A stretch of 64,000 nucleotides of DNA from Micromonosporaceae bacterium (GTDB lineage: Bacteria > Actinomycetota > Actinomycetes > Mycobacteriales > Micromonosporaceae), in contig DPJL01000107.1 in assembly GCA_003543035.1 (NCBI GenBank), positions 4,470-68,469 on the forward strand. The letters run 5' to 3'. Under the pieces are notes generated by a model. It saw only the letters and a program-made list of their open reading frames with translations. It made no database searches and was not told the origin of the DNA. Made by a program: the position numbers and the translations under genes. This document shows, in pieces, positions 1-9,985 of this stretch. Position 1 is the stretch's first letter, and each line of letters opens with the position of its first letter.

Positions 1-1490
1 TGGCCGGGGACAACAGCCGCGGCCAGGGCGAGGCGGCCTCCATCGTCTCGATGGTCAATAACATCAAGGCCAATCATTCGATCAACGCCGCCCGGGTCTT
101 TGTTACTGGCGTTTCTGGCGGCGGCTTCATGTCCTCCAACATGATCGCCGCGTATCCGGATGTGTTCGCCGGCGGCGGGATCGTGGCGGGTGGCCCGGCC
201 AAGTGCGCTAACGCTTCCTTCGAGGCGTTTATGTGTGCGAACCCCGGGGTGAACAAGACCCCGCAGCAGTGGGGCGACATCGTGCGGTCGGGGTTCCCGT
301 CCTGGTCTGGTCCGTGGCCGAAGGTGTCGATCTGGAATGGCACCAGCGACACGGCGGTCAACATCCAGAACCTGACCGAGTTGATGGAGCAGTGGACCAA
401 CGTCCACGGGACCGACCAAACACCCGACGAGCAGCACACGGTTCAGGGTTACCCGCGCAAGGTGTACCACAATGGCTCCGGTGAGCCGGTTGTCGAGACG
501 TGGTCGCTGACCGGGCAGCCGCACGGGCAGCCGCTGGACCCCGGACCAGCACCGGCGCAGTGTGGCGTCGCGGGCGGGGCCGGCATGGTGGACATGAACA
601 TCTGCGCCGCCTTCCACATGGTGTTCTTCTTCGGCCTGGACGGTTCCGGCGGCGGCGACGCCGAGCCGCCCACCGTCTCGATCACCTCCCCGGCCAGCGG
701 TGCGACCGTGTCGGGCAACGTGCAGGTGACCGCGACCGCAGCCGATAACGTCGGCGTCACCAGGGTCGAGTTCTATGTGGACGGCAGCAGCCTGATCGGT
801 ACCGACACCACCGCGCCCTACAGCGTCATCTGGAACGCGGCGGGTGTATCCGACGGCAGCCACAGCCTGACGGCCAAGGCCTATGATGCCGCCGAAAACG
901 TGGGCACCTCGGCCCCGGTGACGGTTACCGTGACCGGAGGCGGCGGAGGCGAGACGGCGACCTTCCCCAGCGCAACGGATGACGGCTATGTCAAGGCCTA
1001 CTCCGACGGCAGCGGCGCGGAGGTCGGCACGAACAAATACACGCTCGGGCTGGGCCTCGGACGCGGCATCGACAGCAAGATCAACCGGGCGGTGTTGTCG
1101 TTTGACACTTCCGCCTTGCCGGACAATGCGGTGATCACCCGTGCCTACCTCACCGTGACCCGCAACTCGTCCTACAGCAACCCGTGGGCCAACCCGGCCG
1201 GCAACCAGCTTCTCATCGATGTGCAGACCGGGTGCCTCGGCCCGAACTGCGCCATCGAGACCGCCGACTGGTCGGCCACCGCCACGCAGCTGGGAGTCGG
1301 GCAGATCGCCCAATGGACCTCGGGGACCACCGACTCGACCGACTTGAGCTCCACCGGCCTGACCGCGATCAACAAGACCGGGCAGACCCAGGTGAAGCTT
1401 CGCTTCTCCCAGTTCCAAACCAGCACCGCCTACGTGATCATCGCCCCGGAGACGGGCGCCACCCTCACCGTCGAATACACCATCCCCTAG
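1..1490 (+). CDS. Extracellular PHB/PHA depolymerase-family esterase with Ig-like domain and C-terminal DNRLRE/CBM96-like domain (5' partial)
   Basis: Frame is open from the window edge (DNSRGQGEAASIVSMV). It has lipase box GVSGG, AYPDVF, Ig-like 'PPTVSITSPASGATVSG...VTRVEFYVDG' and a C-terminal 'LSFDTSALPDNAVITRAYL' domain. Confidence 0.8.
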   Translation, partial: AGDNSRGQGEAASIVSMVNNIKANHSINAARVFVTGVSGGGFMSSNMIAAYPDVFAGGGIVAGGPAKCANASFEAFMCANPGVNKTPQQWGDIVRSGFPSWSGPWPKVSIWNGTSDTAVNIQNLTELMEQWTNVHGTDQTPDEQHTVQGYPRKVYHNGSGEPVVETWSLTGQPHGQPLDPGPAPAQCGVAGGAGMVDMNICAAFHMVFFFGLDGSGGGDAEPPTVSITSPASGATVSGNVQVTATAADNVGVTRVEFYVDGSSLIGTDTTAPYSVIWNAAGVSDGSHSLTAKAYDAAENVGTSAPVTVTVTGGGGGETATFPSATDDGYVKAYSDGSGAEVGTNKYTLGLGLGRGIDSKINRAVLSFDTSALPDNAVITRAYLTVTRNSSYSNPWANPAGNQLLIDVQTGCLGPNCAIETADWSATATQLGVGQIAQWTSGTTDSTDLSSTGLTAINKTGQTQVKLRFSQFQTSTAYVIIAPETGATLTVEYTIP

Positions 1491-1963
1491 CCGCAAACCG
1501 GTGCGGGCCGACCATCAACGCGTGCAGCCCCAGCCGCAAAAAGGGCCGGGGCTCCACCTCCAGCCAGACCATCCAGAGGCTGCGAAGGTCAGGGGCTGGG
1601 GGCAGCCGACACACGTTGGACACCCACATTGGCCCGCCAAGCCGCGAGGCGATGCTCAGGGCACATAGAACACCAGCCTAGATGGCATCAAGGCACATAG
1701 TGCGTCGTTAACGTGTTCATTACTGTCCCATCTATAACCCCACCTCGGCGGTGACCACGCGGGTGGGGGGTGAGCCGGAGACCTTCCGGCGGTGCGGGGG
1801 GAGGACGTCCCTGGACCCCGAGGAGCGCCATAGGCGCCCCGCGGCAGAACTCAAGGGCTAGCAACGCGATGCGTAACCGGAACCGCATCGCGGACAACAC
1901 AGCACGCGGCTGCCACGAGGGCAGCGCATGAATCACATTCTTGTTCGAAAAGGGCTGGTCGAC

Positions 1964-2848
1964 ATGACGGATATACGCCATTTCAGTGAACGGATCGTAG
2001 CCGGGGCGGACGGGGCGGAGATCGCGGTCGCGCAGTGGCCCGGTCCGAAAGGGCCGCTGGTCTGCGTGCATGGTCTGACGTCACATTCTCGGGCGTTCGC
2101 GGGCCTGGCCACGGAGCTTGCCGACTACGCCTTGATTGCCGTGGACTGCCGTGGGCGGGGCCGCTCCTCCAAGGAGCCACCGTTTGGGTTGGAGCAGCAC
2201 GCCGCCGATCTGGCCGCCGTGATGGACGGGTTGGACATCGACACGGCAACCATCGTCGGCCACTCCATGGGGGCATACATCGCAGGGGCGTTCTACGCCC
2301 GCTTCCCGCAGCGGGTGCAGCGACTGGTCTTTGTCGACGGCGGATACCCGCAACCACTGCCGCCCGGGGTGACACCAGACGATCTGTTGGAGTCGACGCT
2401 GAGCATGTTCCTGACCAAGATCCGGCGAACCTGGGCCAGCCTTGAGGAGTATCTGGCGTTCTACGAAAGCACCCCTGTCTACCGCGAGGGGGTGGACGGC
2501 TACGGCCGGGCGCACTTCGCCTATGACCTGGCCTACCAGCACGACGGCGTCCTCAAGGCCCGGGTCGGCGAGGAATGCGTCGCCGCGGACTGGCGGGAAG
2601 TCCTCGACCGCGCCCTGGTCGGTAAGCGGCTGGAGGGCGTCAGCGTGCCGCTGTTGCTCATCCGGGCACTCGGTGGGCTGACCGGCACCGGCGATCTCGT
2701 GATCACCGATGAGGTGCGTGAGGCCATCGCCGTCCGGGTGCCGCAGGTTCAAGTAGCCGACGTGCCTGGTGCCAACCATCACACGATTTTGTTTTCCGTT
2801 GCGGGCGCGCGTGCCGTTGCCCGTCTCATTGAGGAGTTCCTGAAATGA
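1964..2848 (+). CDS. Alpha/beta fold hydrolase
   Basis: HGLT oxyanion motif, GHSMG nucleophile elbow, C-terminal GANHH; overlaps the next gene (ATGA). Confidence 0.88.
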   Translation: MTDIRHFSERIVAGADGAEIAVAQWPGPKGPLVCVHGLTSHSRAFAGLATELADYALIAVDCRGRGRSSKEPPFGLEQHAADLAAVMDGLDIDTATIVGHSMGAYIAGAFYARFPQRVQRLVFVDGGYPQPLPPGVTPDDLLESTLSMFLTKIRRTWASLEEYLAFYESTPVYREGVDGYGRAHFAYDLAYQHDGVLKARVGEECVAADWREVLDRALVGKRLEGVSVPLLLIRALGGLTGTGDLVITDEVREAIAVRVPQVQVADVPGANHHTILFSVAGARAVARLIEEFLK

Positions 2849-4041
2849 CCGGATGGTCGTCGCGTAGGCGGATGCTGGGCTGGCTTGCCGCCGCCTTATC
2901 CGCCCCGTTAGTGCTCACCGCGTGCGGTGCCGATACCGCCGGGGCGCAGACCGGTGTGGACGAGCAACGCATCGTCATTGGTGTGCACGGGCCCAAGTCG
3001 GGTCCTGCCGCCGCCCTCACCGAAGGTGCCATGGCTGGTTTCCGGCTCTACATCGACCGGCTCAACCGCAACGGCGGCATCGCCGGGCGCACCGTGGAGA
3101 TCGTGCAGGCCGACGACCAGTACACCGTCTCCGGCGGCGCGGCGGCCGCCCGGCAGCTGGCCGACAAAGTCTTCCTCGCCTACAACATCATCGGCGCGGA
3201 TCCGGCGATCGGGGCGCTGCCCGAATTCGAACGCCGCGGCGTGCCGTACATGTCGGTCGCGCTGCCGATGGCGTTGGCGCAAGACAGCGACGTCGCGTTT
3301 GTGCTCCCCACACCATTGGAGATGCTGGCCGAGGCGGTGCCGTCCTTCATCCAAGGCAAGCTGGACCCACAGAGGCAGGCCAAGGTCGCGGTCATGTGGG
3401 AAAACCAAGACATCATGCGCGACATGCGCGACCATTTCGCCAAAGCCGCTGATGAGGCTGGCCTTGCCATCGTTGCCACGGAAAGTTTCGACCGCGACGC
3501 AGCGTCGTATGTGCCCAATGTGCAGCGCGTCCGGGACTCAGGTGCCGATATGGTGGTACTGCTCGGCGGGGTCGCCGTACCGCAGGTGCTCAAAGCCGCC
3601 AAACAGATCGGCTACAACCCGACCTGGACCGGCGCCGGCGCGTGGACATTCGACCTGATGAACGCCGCCTCCGGCGGGCTGATGGAAGGCATCGAAGCGG
3701 TACGGGCCGGCCGGGTGGCCGACGCCGCCGACTACCGCGAGTTCCTGGAGCAACTCCACAAGACCAACGCGCCCGCACCCATCGACGAGATCTCCTACGC
3801 CGGCTGGTCCGGAGCCAGGTTCATCGAACAAGTACTGCTGCGCCTCGACGGCGAGATCACCCGCAAGCGCCTGTTCGACGAACTCACCGCACCCACCTTC
3901 AAAGACAACCCGATCATCGTCAACTCGATGGCGCCCTTGTGGTGGGGGCCCGACCGCCGCTATGGCAGCGCCGCCGCACTGCCTAGCAAGGTCGTCGACG
4001 GCCATTGGACCGCCACCGGCGACTCGGCCATCCGATTCTAA
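2845..4041 (+). CDS. Branched-chain amino acid (LivJ-type) ABC substrate-binding lipoprotein
   Basis: Lipobox LTAC after an RRR signal; 'NRNGGIAGRTVEIVQADDQY' LivJ-family motif. Confidence 0.85.
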   Translation: MTGWSSRRRMLGWLAAALSAPLVLTACGADTAGAQTGVDEQRIVIGVHGPKSGPAAALTEGAMAGFRLYIDRLNRNGGIAGRTVEIVQADDQYTVSGGAAAARQLADKVFLAYNIIGADPAIGALPEFERRGVPYMSVALPMALAQDSDVAFVLPTPLEMLAEAVPSFIQGKLDPQRQAKVAVMWENQDIMRDMRDHFAKAADEAGLAIVATESFDRDAASYVPNVQRVRDSGADMVVLLGGVAVPQVLKAAKQIGYNPTWTGAGAWTFDLMNAASGGLMEGIEAVRAGRVADAADYREFLEQLHKTNAPAPIDEISYAGWSGARFIEQVLLRLDGEITRKRLFDELTAPTFKDNPIIVNSMAPLWWGPDRRYGSAAALPSKVVDGHWTATGDSAIRF

Positions 4042-4114
4042 AGCCGTTCATAACCCGCCAGGCCCACACCGACGTGGTGGGCGCACAGTCCACACCAGAT
4101 GGAGGTATGCCTAG

Positions 4115-4975
4115 ATGAGCACACTGGTGCTCAGCGGCGTCATCGCCGGACTGATCTACGGCCTTGTCGCCTGCGCCATCGTCTTCGTCCACCGCGCCAG
4201 CCGGGTCGTCAACCTCGCCCAAGGCGACATCGGCATGCTCGCCGCGTACGTGTACTTCACCGCCACCGTCACCGGCGGCTGGCCCGCCTGGGCCGGAGTG
4301 ACGGTGGCCCTGCTGACCGGCGCGGCGCTCGGGTGGCTGATCAACGTGGCCGTCATCAGCCCACTCGGGCAACGCGATCCCGGCACCGGACTGGTGGCCA
4401 CCCTGGCCATCGCCACCGTTCTGCAGCTTGCCGCCCTGCAAGTCTGGGGCAGCACCGCCCGCCACTTCCCACCATGGATCCCCCGCTGGGACGGCGTCAC
4501 CGTCGCAGGCCTGGCCCTGCGCGGACCCGAAGTGCTCGCCGTGGCCGTCAGCGGCGTGCTCGTCATGCTGGGATCGTTGGTATATCAGCGGTCCCGGCTA
4601 GGTCTGCAACTTCGGGCGGTCTCCGAAAGCCGCCACGCCTCGGCCACCCTCGGCGTGAACGTCAAACAGGTCAGCGGCTGGGCCTGGATGGCCGGCGGCG
4701 CCATTAGCGCTACCGCGGCACTGCTGATCGCTCCACTGACCCGCTTCGACCCCTACTTCATGTTCGCGGTGATGACCAGCGCACTGGTCGCCGCGCTACT
4801 GGCCGGATTCACCTCATTCCCGATGGCCATGGCTGCCGCGCTAGCCATCGGCGTCATCAAAAGCATCATCGGATTCCACATCGCCACCCCCGGCATCAAC
4901 GACGTCCTCCTGTTCGCCTTCGCCATGATTCTGCTACTGCTCAAGCCGCCGGCCACCTTAAGGACGGTCTCATGA
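4115..4975 (+). CDS. LivH-type ABC permease
   Basis: Hydrophobic; 'VVNLAQG' and 'RLGLQLRAVSE' motifs. Confidence 0.88.
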   Translation: MSTLVLSGVIAGLIYGLVACAIVFVHRASRVVNLAQGDIGMLAAYVYFTATVTGGWPAWAGVTVALLTGAALGWLINVAVISPLGQRDPGTGLVATLAIATVLQLAALQVWGSTARHFPPWIPRWDGVTVAGLALRGPEVLAVAVSGVLVMLGSLVYQRSRLGLQLRAVSESRHASATLGVNVKQVSGWAWMAGGAISATAALLIAPLTRFDPYFMFAVMTSALVAALLAGFTSFPMAMAAALAIGVIKSIIGFHIATPGINDVLLFAFAMILLLLKPPATLRTVS

Positions 4976-6780
4976 ACCGCACCCGCGGCCGGCTATGGAT
5001 GGCCAGCCCGATCGTCACCTTCACCGTGCTGCTCGCCGCCGCCGCAGTCCTTTCCGGACAAGGCAACACCTACGTGGTCTACCTCTACGGCGTCGGCTTG
5101 GTCTACGCCACCGCCACCCTCGGGCTACACCTGCTCTACAACGACTGCGGTGAAATCTCCCTGGCCCAAGCCGCACAAGTCGCCCTCGGCGGCTTCGTCG
5201 GCGCCCACCTATTCACACTCGCCCCCGGCCCGCTCGGCCCACTGCTGCTTATCGCAGGATCGGTACTCGCCGGTGCCATCTGCGGTGCGCTGGTGGCCAT
5301 TCCCATGCTGCGGCTACGAGGTCTGGCCGTCGCCGTCGTCACACTGCTACTCAACGCCGCCGTCTTCCACTTTGTGCTGCGCTTTGCCGACTTCGCCGGT
5401 GGATCCGGTGGAATCCGGTTACGCTCAGCCAACTGGCTACCCGGCAACGACCTGTACGCCGTCACCTGGCTGACAATCCTGGCCATCGGCGCCGTCGTGG
5501 CGATCCAGCTGCTGCGCCGCGGACGCTTCGGGCTCGGGCTGCGCGCCATCCGCGCCAACGAGAACCTCGCCCGCTCCACCGGCGTCGCCGCAGAACAGTA
5601 CCGCGTCGCCGCCTACACCATCGCCGGCGCCACCGCCGGCATCGCCGGAGCCATGTGGGTCATCCTCCACCAAGGCATCGCACCATCCGCATTCACCGAC
5701 GCATCCTCGCTCGTCCTGCTGACCATGGCCCTGCTCGGCGGCCGCGGCAGCATCATCGGCCCCATGGCCGCCGCCATCTCCACCGGACTGCTCACCGGTC
5801 TTCTCGGCCGTTACGGCATCGTGGTCAGCTTCGTGGCCCCAGCAGTGCTGCTGCTGGTGCTCATCAAATACCCTGGCGGCCTCAACGAACAACTCCGCCA
5901 CCTCAGCGAACAACTGCAACGCCTCACCCGACGGCGCAGCAGCACAACTGCCGCTCAGCCCATCGCCGCGCCCACCCCGAAGCCACCCCAACCGGCTCGA
6001 CTGCCATCGCGCACCGACGACACCCGTGCAGGCACATCCCCGCCCTCGCCGCCGCGACAAGAGGTGCTGGCCTGCTCCAACATGCACGTCGCCTTCGGCG
6101 GACTAGTCGCCGTCGCCGATGTATCCCTCACAGTGCACACCAGCGAACTGCTGGCCCTCGTCGGACCCAACGGCGCCGGGAAGACCACACTGCTCAACAC
6201 CATCAGCGGTCACCTGCCGCCCACCCACGGCACCGTCCGGCTCACCGGCACCGACATCAGCGGGCTGCCCGCCCACCAACGCGCCGCCCTCGGCCTGCGC
6301 CGAACCTTCCAACTCGGCGGCCACATGAGCACCGAAACCGGCTACGACCACCTGCGCCTGGGCATGCACACCCGCGCCACCACACCCACACCCGAAGCCA
6401 TCACCCGCATCACCGACGGCCTGGGCATCACAGCCCACGACCTGCACACCCTCATGCGCGACCTGCCCGCCGGCACCGCCAGACTCATCGAGATCGCCAC
6501 CGCCCTGGCCGTACCCGGCCACCTGCTCCTACTCGACGAACCCACCGTCGGGCTCACCCCACCCGAACGCGACAACCTCGCCATCATCCTGCACAACCTG
6601 ACCAGCAAAGGACTCGCCATCATCCTCGTCGACCACGACACCTCCTTCATCACCAAGGTGGCCCACCGTGTCGTCGCACTCGACGCCGGCCGCATCATCG
6701 CCGACGCCACCCCAGCCGACGTCTTCACCGACCCCACCTTCATCCGCGCCTACCTCGGCAGCGTGGAGGTGACAGTATGA
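4972..6780 (+). CDS. Fused LivM permease / LivG ATPase
   Basis: N-terminal 'GEISLAQAA' and 'RFGLGLRAIRANE'; C-terminal Walker A GPNGAGKT and Walker B LLLLDEP. Confidence 0.85.
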   Translation: MNRTRGRLWMASPIVTFTVLLAAAAVLSGQGNTYVVYLYGVGLVYATATLGLHLLYNDCGEISLAQAAQVALGGFVGAHLFTLAPGPLGPLLLIAGSVLAGAICGALVAIPMLRLRGLAVAVVTLLLNAAVFHFVLRFADFAGGSGGIRLRSANWLPGNDLYAVTWLTILAIGAVVAIQLLRRGRFGLGLRAIRANENLARSTGVAAEQYRVAAYTIAGATAGIAGAMWVILHQGIAPSAFTDASSLVLLTMALLGGRGSIIGPMAAAISTGLLTGLLGRYGIVVSFVAPAVLLLVLIKYPGGLNEQLRHLSEQLQRLTRRRSSTTAAQPIAAPTPKPPQPARLPSRTDDTRAGTSPPSPPRQEVLACSNMHVAFGGLVAVADVSLTVHTSELLALVGPNGAGKTTLLNTISGHLPPTHGTVRLTGTDISGLPAHQRAALGLRRTFQLGGHMSTETGYDHLRLGMHTRATTPTPEAITRITDGLGITAHDLHTLMRDLPAGTARLIEIATALAVPGHLLLLDEPTVGLTPPERDNLAIILHNLTSKGLAIILVDHDTSFITKVAHRVVALDAGRIIADATPADVFTDPTFIRAYLGSVEVTV

Positions 6781-7493
6781 CCAGCGGCGTGATCCTACGA
6801 GCCCACGGCCTCATCGCCGGCTACCACAACAAAGCCGTCATCGGCCCCATCGACCTCGCCGTCGCCGACAACGAAACCATCGCGCTCATCGGCCCCAACG
6901 GCGTCGGCAAAAGCACCATCCTCAAAACCCTCACCGGCCTCATCGCACCCATAGCCGGCACCATCACCTTCCAGACCAGATCCATCACCAACGCCGGTGT
7001 CCACATCCATGCCCGCAACGGACTAGTCATCGTCGGCGAACACCGCGCCAACGTGCTACGAACCCTCACCGTGCAAGACAACCTCGACCTCGCCACCACA
7101 ACCCGACAACAACCCCACACCGTCGACCCGATCGACCTGTTCCCAAAGCTTGGCCAACGACGCCGGCAACTGGCCGGCACCCTGTCCGGCGGGGAACTGC
7201 AAATGCTGTCCCTAGCCATGGCCCTAGCCCTAGCCCCAACATGCCTGCTGCTAGACGAACCATCCGCCGGACTCGCCCCGATCGTGCTCCACGACCTCCG
7301 GCAAGCACTCAAAACCCTCCGTGGCATAGGCCTGTCACTCATCATCGCCGAACAACGCCCAGAAGTCGTCAAAGGACTATGCGACCGCGTAGCCATCGCC
7401 GCGGAATCGAAACTCACCTACCTACCACCCGACGCGGACCTATCCAGCCAAACCCTCATCGACCAATACTTCAACCACCACCCAACAACATAA
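6777..7493 (+). CDS. LivF-type ABC ATP-binding protein
   Basis: ATG overlaps the upstream TGA; GPNGVGKST, AGTLSGGE, LLLDEPSAGLAP. It is the C-terminal part of track ORF 5655..7493. Confidence 0.85.
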   Translation: MTSGVILRAHGLIAGYHNKAVIGPIDLAVADNETIALIGPNGVGKSTILKTLTGLIAPIAGTITFQTRSITNAGVHIHARNGLVIVGEHRANVLRTLTVQDNLDLATTTRQQPHTVDPIDLFPKLGQRRRQLAGTLSGGELQMLSLAMALALAPTCLLLDEPSAGLAPIVLHDLRQALKTLRGIGLSLIIAEQRPEVVKGLCDRVAIAAESKLTYLPPDADLSSQTLIDQYFNHHPTT

Positions 7494-7821
7494 ATACCAA
7501 GGCGGCATCCATGTCGAGCTGAGCTCCGGTGAACTGGTGCGGGACCTGACCAGTTCGACCGGAACGCACCTCCACGAAACCGTCGACCACCCCGGACGCA
7601 TCGGTGTGAAACGGCGCTCTGATAACGGCTTCCTCGGCCCCGTCGCGATTGATGTCGGTCAGCTGGCTAACAGCGAAACCATAGCGCTCACCTGCCTGAT
7701 CGCCATGCCAGGTGAACAGGGTGCGCGGCCCGGAATGGGCCTGCGCCATCGTGGCCGGCAGGAATCCGGCCACCATCGCTGACACGACGACGACGGCCGG
7801 AGCTAGACGCTTTCCTAACAT
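7471..7821 (-). pseudogene. Truncated secreted FG-GAP (integrin-alpha-like) repeat protein
   Basis: Signal peptide, then 'GDQAGERYGFAV...DINRDGAEEAVIRAP...GFVEVRSGRTG': one repeat only, ending where the ABC operon ends. Confidence 0.6.
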
Positions 7822-7923
7822 CGCTTCCCATCCTTCGCTCAGCGTTCGTGTTCTGTAAGGATGTCGATTCTTGCCCAGCCACTCGGCAGAGCGTTGAATC
7901 AAAGCGTGAACACTTCGTCGACA

Positions 7924-8430
7924 ATGCCGGCCGCCGATGTCCGGCCCGGGTCGCGGCTGGATCGCGGCATGCTGGCCGCGTTGCGGGTCGGGCTGGGCTT
8001 GTTGTGGCTGGGCGGGGCGAGCTGGAAGACGCCGCCGGAGTTTGGTGGGCTGCGCCAGTGGACCGGCTTCGCTGTCGAGTTCCCCGTGTTCGGCTGGTGG
8101 GCGTGGCTGGTCGAGCATGTGATCCTGCCCAACTTCCTCATCTTCGCCTGGGCGGTGCTCTTCGTCGAAGCGTCATTGGGCGGGTTTCTACTGGTTGGGT
8201 TGGGAACGCGGTTCTGGGCGGTGATCGGGATGGCTCAGACGGTGGCGATCACGCTGTCGGCGCTGCGTGCCCCGCATGAGTGGCCGTGGTCGTACTTTCT
8301 GATGTTCATGGCCCATCTGGCCATCTTCGCCACCGCCGCAGGCCGCTACGCCGGGCTGGATGGGGTGCTGCGCCCGGCGTGGCAACAATCCCGCACACGC
8401 CTAGCGCGTCTTTTGGTCAGGGCATCATGA
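7924..8430 (+). CDS. DoxX/DoxD-like membrane protein (like the N-half of Rv1678)
   Basis: 'LRVGLGLLWL..ASWKTPPEFG', 'HEWPWSY', 'AGRYAGLDG'. Start could be 7861. Confidence 0.7.
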   Translation: MPAADVRPGSRLDRGMLAALRVGLGLLWLGGASWKTPPEFGGLRQWTGFAVEFPVFGWWAWLVEHVILPNFLIFAWAVLFVEASLGGFLLVGLGTRFWAVIGMAQTVAITLSALRAPHEWPWSYFLMFMAHLAIFATAAGRYAGLDGVLRPAWQQSRTRLARLLVRAS

Positions 8431-8783
8431 ACGGCCGCAACAGCCGCGACCGAGCGGCCATCACGCTAGGCCTGGTCTCAATCCTGACGGTCGTATTCGT
8501 CTGGGTGCGCGGCGAAGTGCACTTCGTCCAGATGCCGAAGGCCGGGATTGCTGTGGCAATCATTGGCGGCCTGCTGGCGGTCGCCGCGGGTTGGCTGGGC
8601 AAACGCATGCTCGCCGGGATAGCGGGTGGGTTGTTCCTGCTGGCGGCTGCCGCACAGGTGATGTTGCAGACAGCGGGTAGCTCGCTGGCCAACGGCAGCA
8701 ACGGGTCCACATTCGGGTTGTGGCTGGGCTTGGGTGCCGGGCTGGTGGCGCTCGCACTGACACCGGCCACGCAGTCCGAATGA
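8427..8783 (+). CDS. Small membrane protein (like the C-half of Rv1678)
   Basis: ATGA overlap with the upstream gene; four hydrophobic segments; 'NGSTFGLWLGLG'. Confidence 0.65.
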   Translation: MNGRNSRDRAAITLGLVSILTVVFVWVRGEVHFVQMPKAGIAVAIIGGLLAVAAGWLGKRMLAGIAGGLFLLAAAAQVMLQTAGSSLANGSNGSTFGLWLGLGAGLVALALTPATQSE

Positions 8784-8828
8784 TCGTAATGACTTGATAA
8801 GACCCGCGCGCCGTGCTGCGGCACCAGA

Positions 8829-9974
8829 ATGGGACCTATGGATGTAACGGATCGGCTGACCCCGGTACTGGCCTCGGCGCACGCCGACGCGCCACAGGTC
8901 GACGCCACTGGCGTGTTCCCGCAAGCCGCCGTCTCGGCGTTACGCGAATCGGGACTGCTGGGGCTGAGCATCCCAGTTGAGGCAGGCGGTCTTGGCGGCG
9001 GGCCGAAAGACCTCGTCGAGATGACCAGCAAACTCGCCGCGGTGTGCGGGTCGACCGCCATGGTGTACCTGATGCACATCTCGGCGGTGATGGCGGCCGC
9101 CGCGGCCCCACCGGCCGGGCGGCCTGATCTGGTCCGGCAGCTCGCCAGCGGGGAAAAACTTGGAACTCTCGCGTTTTCCGAGGCCGGGTCGCGGTCGCAT
9201 TTTTGGGCGCCGGTGTCGCAGGGGCAGACCGACAACGGCGGCACGCATGTCAAGACCCGCAAAAGCTGGGTGACCTCCGCCGGCCACGCCGACGTATACC
9301 TTGTCTCCACATTGACCTCGCCCGAGCTCGTCTCTGCGGAGGCACCCGTGCCGATCGACGTGTACGCCATCGAGAGCGGCACGGCCGGGGTGCAGGTGGC
9401 CGGGCAGTTTCGCGGCATGGGGTTGCGCGGCAACGCCTCCGCCCCGATGACGTTCGACCTCACCGCTTCAGCCGGCGATCGGGTCGGTCAACCGGGCACC
9501 GGCTTCGCGCTGATGCTCAACACGGTGATGCCCTGGTTCAACCTGGGGAACGCCGCCGTCTCGTTAGGACTGTCCCAGGCCGCCGTCGACGCCGCGATCA
9601 CCCACACCAGCGGCGCCCGTTTTGAACATTTAGGTGAGTCCCTCGCGGAGCTGCCGACGATCCGCGCCCAACTGGCCAAAATGGCCCTCGAATTGGCTGC
9701 CATACGTTCCTATGTGGACACCGCCGCCGGGTCGATCGCCGCGCCGGATGATTCGACGACGCTGCATGTGCTCGGGGTCAAGGCGGTCGCCAACGACGCC
9801 GCGCTGCGGATCACCGACACGGCGATGCGGGTCTGCGGCGGCGCCGCGTTCTCTGAGCATCTTCAGTTGGAGCGGTTCTTCCGCGACGCGCGCGCGGGCG
9901 GCGTGATGGCCCCGACCGCCGATGTGCTCTACGACTTCTATGGCAAGGCCATCACCGGCCAGCCCCTCTTCTAA
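8829..9974 (+). CDS. Acyl-CoA dehydrogenase family protein (FadE16/Rv1679-like)
   Basis: 'TLAFSEAGSRSHFWAP', 'KSWVTSAG', 'GMGLRGNAS', 'LERFFRDARAG'. Confidence 0.88.
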   Translation: MGPMDVTDRLTPVLASAHADAPQVDATGVFPQAAVSALRESGLLGLSIPVEAGGLGGGPKDLVEMTSKLAAVCGSTAMVYLMHISAVMAAAAAPPAGRPDLVRQLASGEKLGTLAFSEAGSRSHFWAPVSQGQTDNGGTHVKTRKSWVTSAGHADVYLVSTLTSPELVSAEAPVPIDVYAIESGTAGVQVAGQFRGMGLRGNASAPMTFDLTASAGDRVGQPGTGFALMLNTVMPWFNLGNAAVSLGLSQAAVDAAITHTSGARFEHLGESLAELPTIRAQLAKMALELAAIRSYVDTAAGSIAAPDDSTTLHVLGVKAVANDAALRITDTAMRVCGGAAFSEHLQLERFFRDARAGGVMAPTADVLYDFYGKAITGQPLF

Positions 9975-9985
9975 AGGAGGCCGTG

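Noticed and set aside
5655..6776. His/Arg/Pro-rich N-terminal part of the 612-aa ORF
   Set aside because: Off-frame shadow of the LivM/G gene produced by C/A skew; the real gene starts at 6777.
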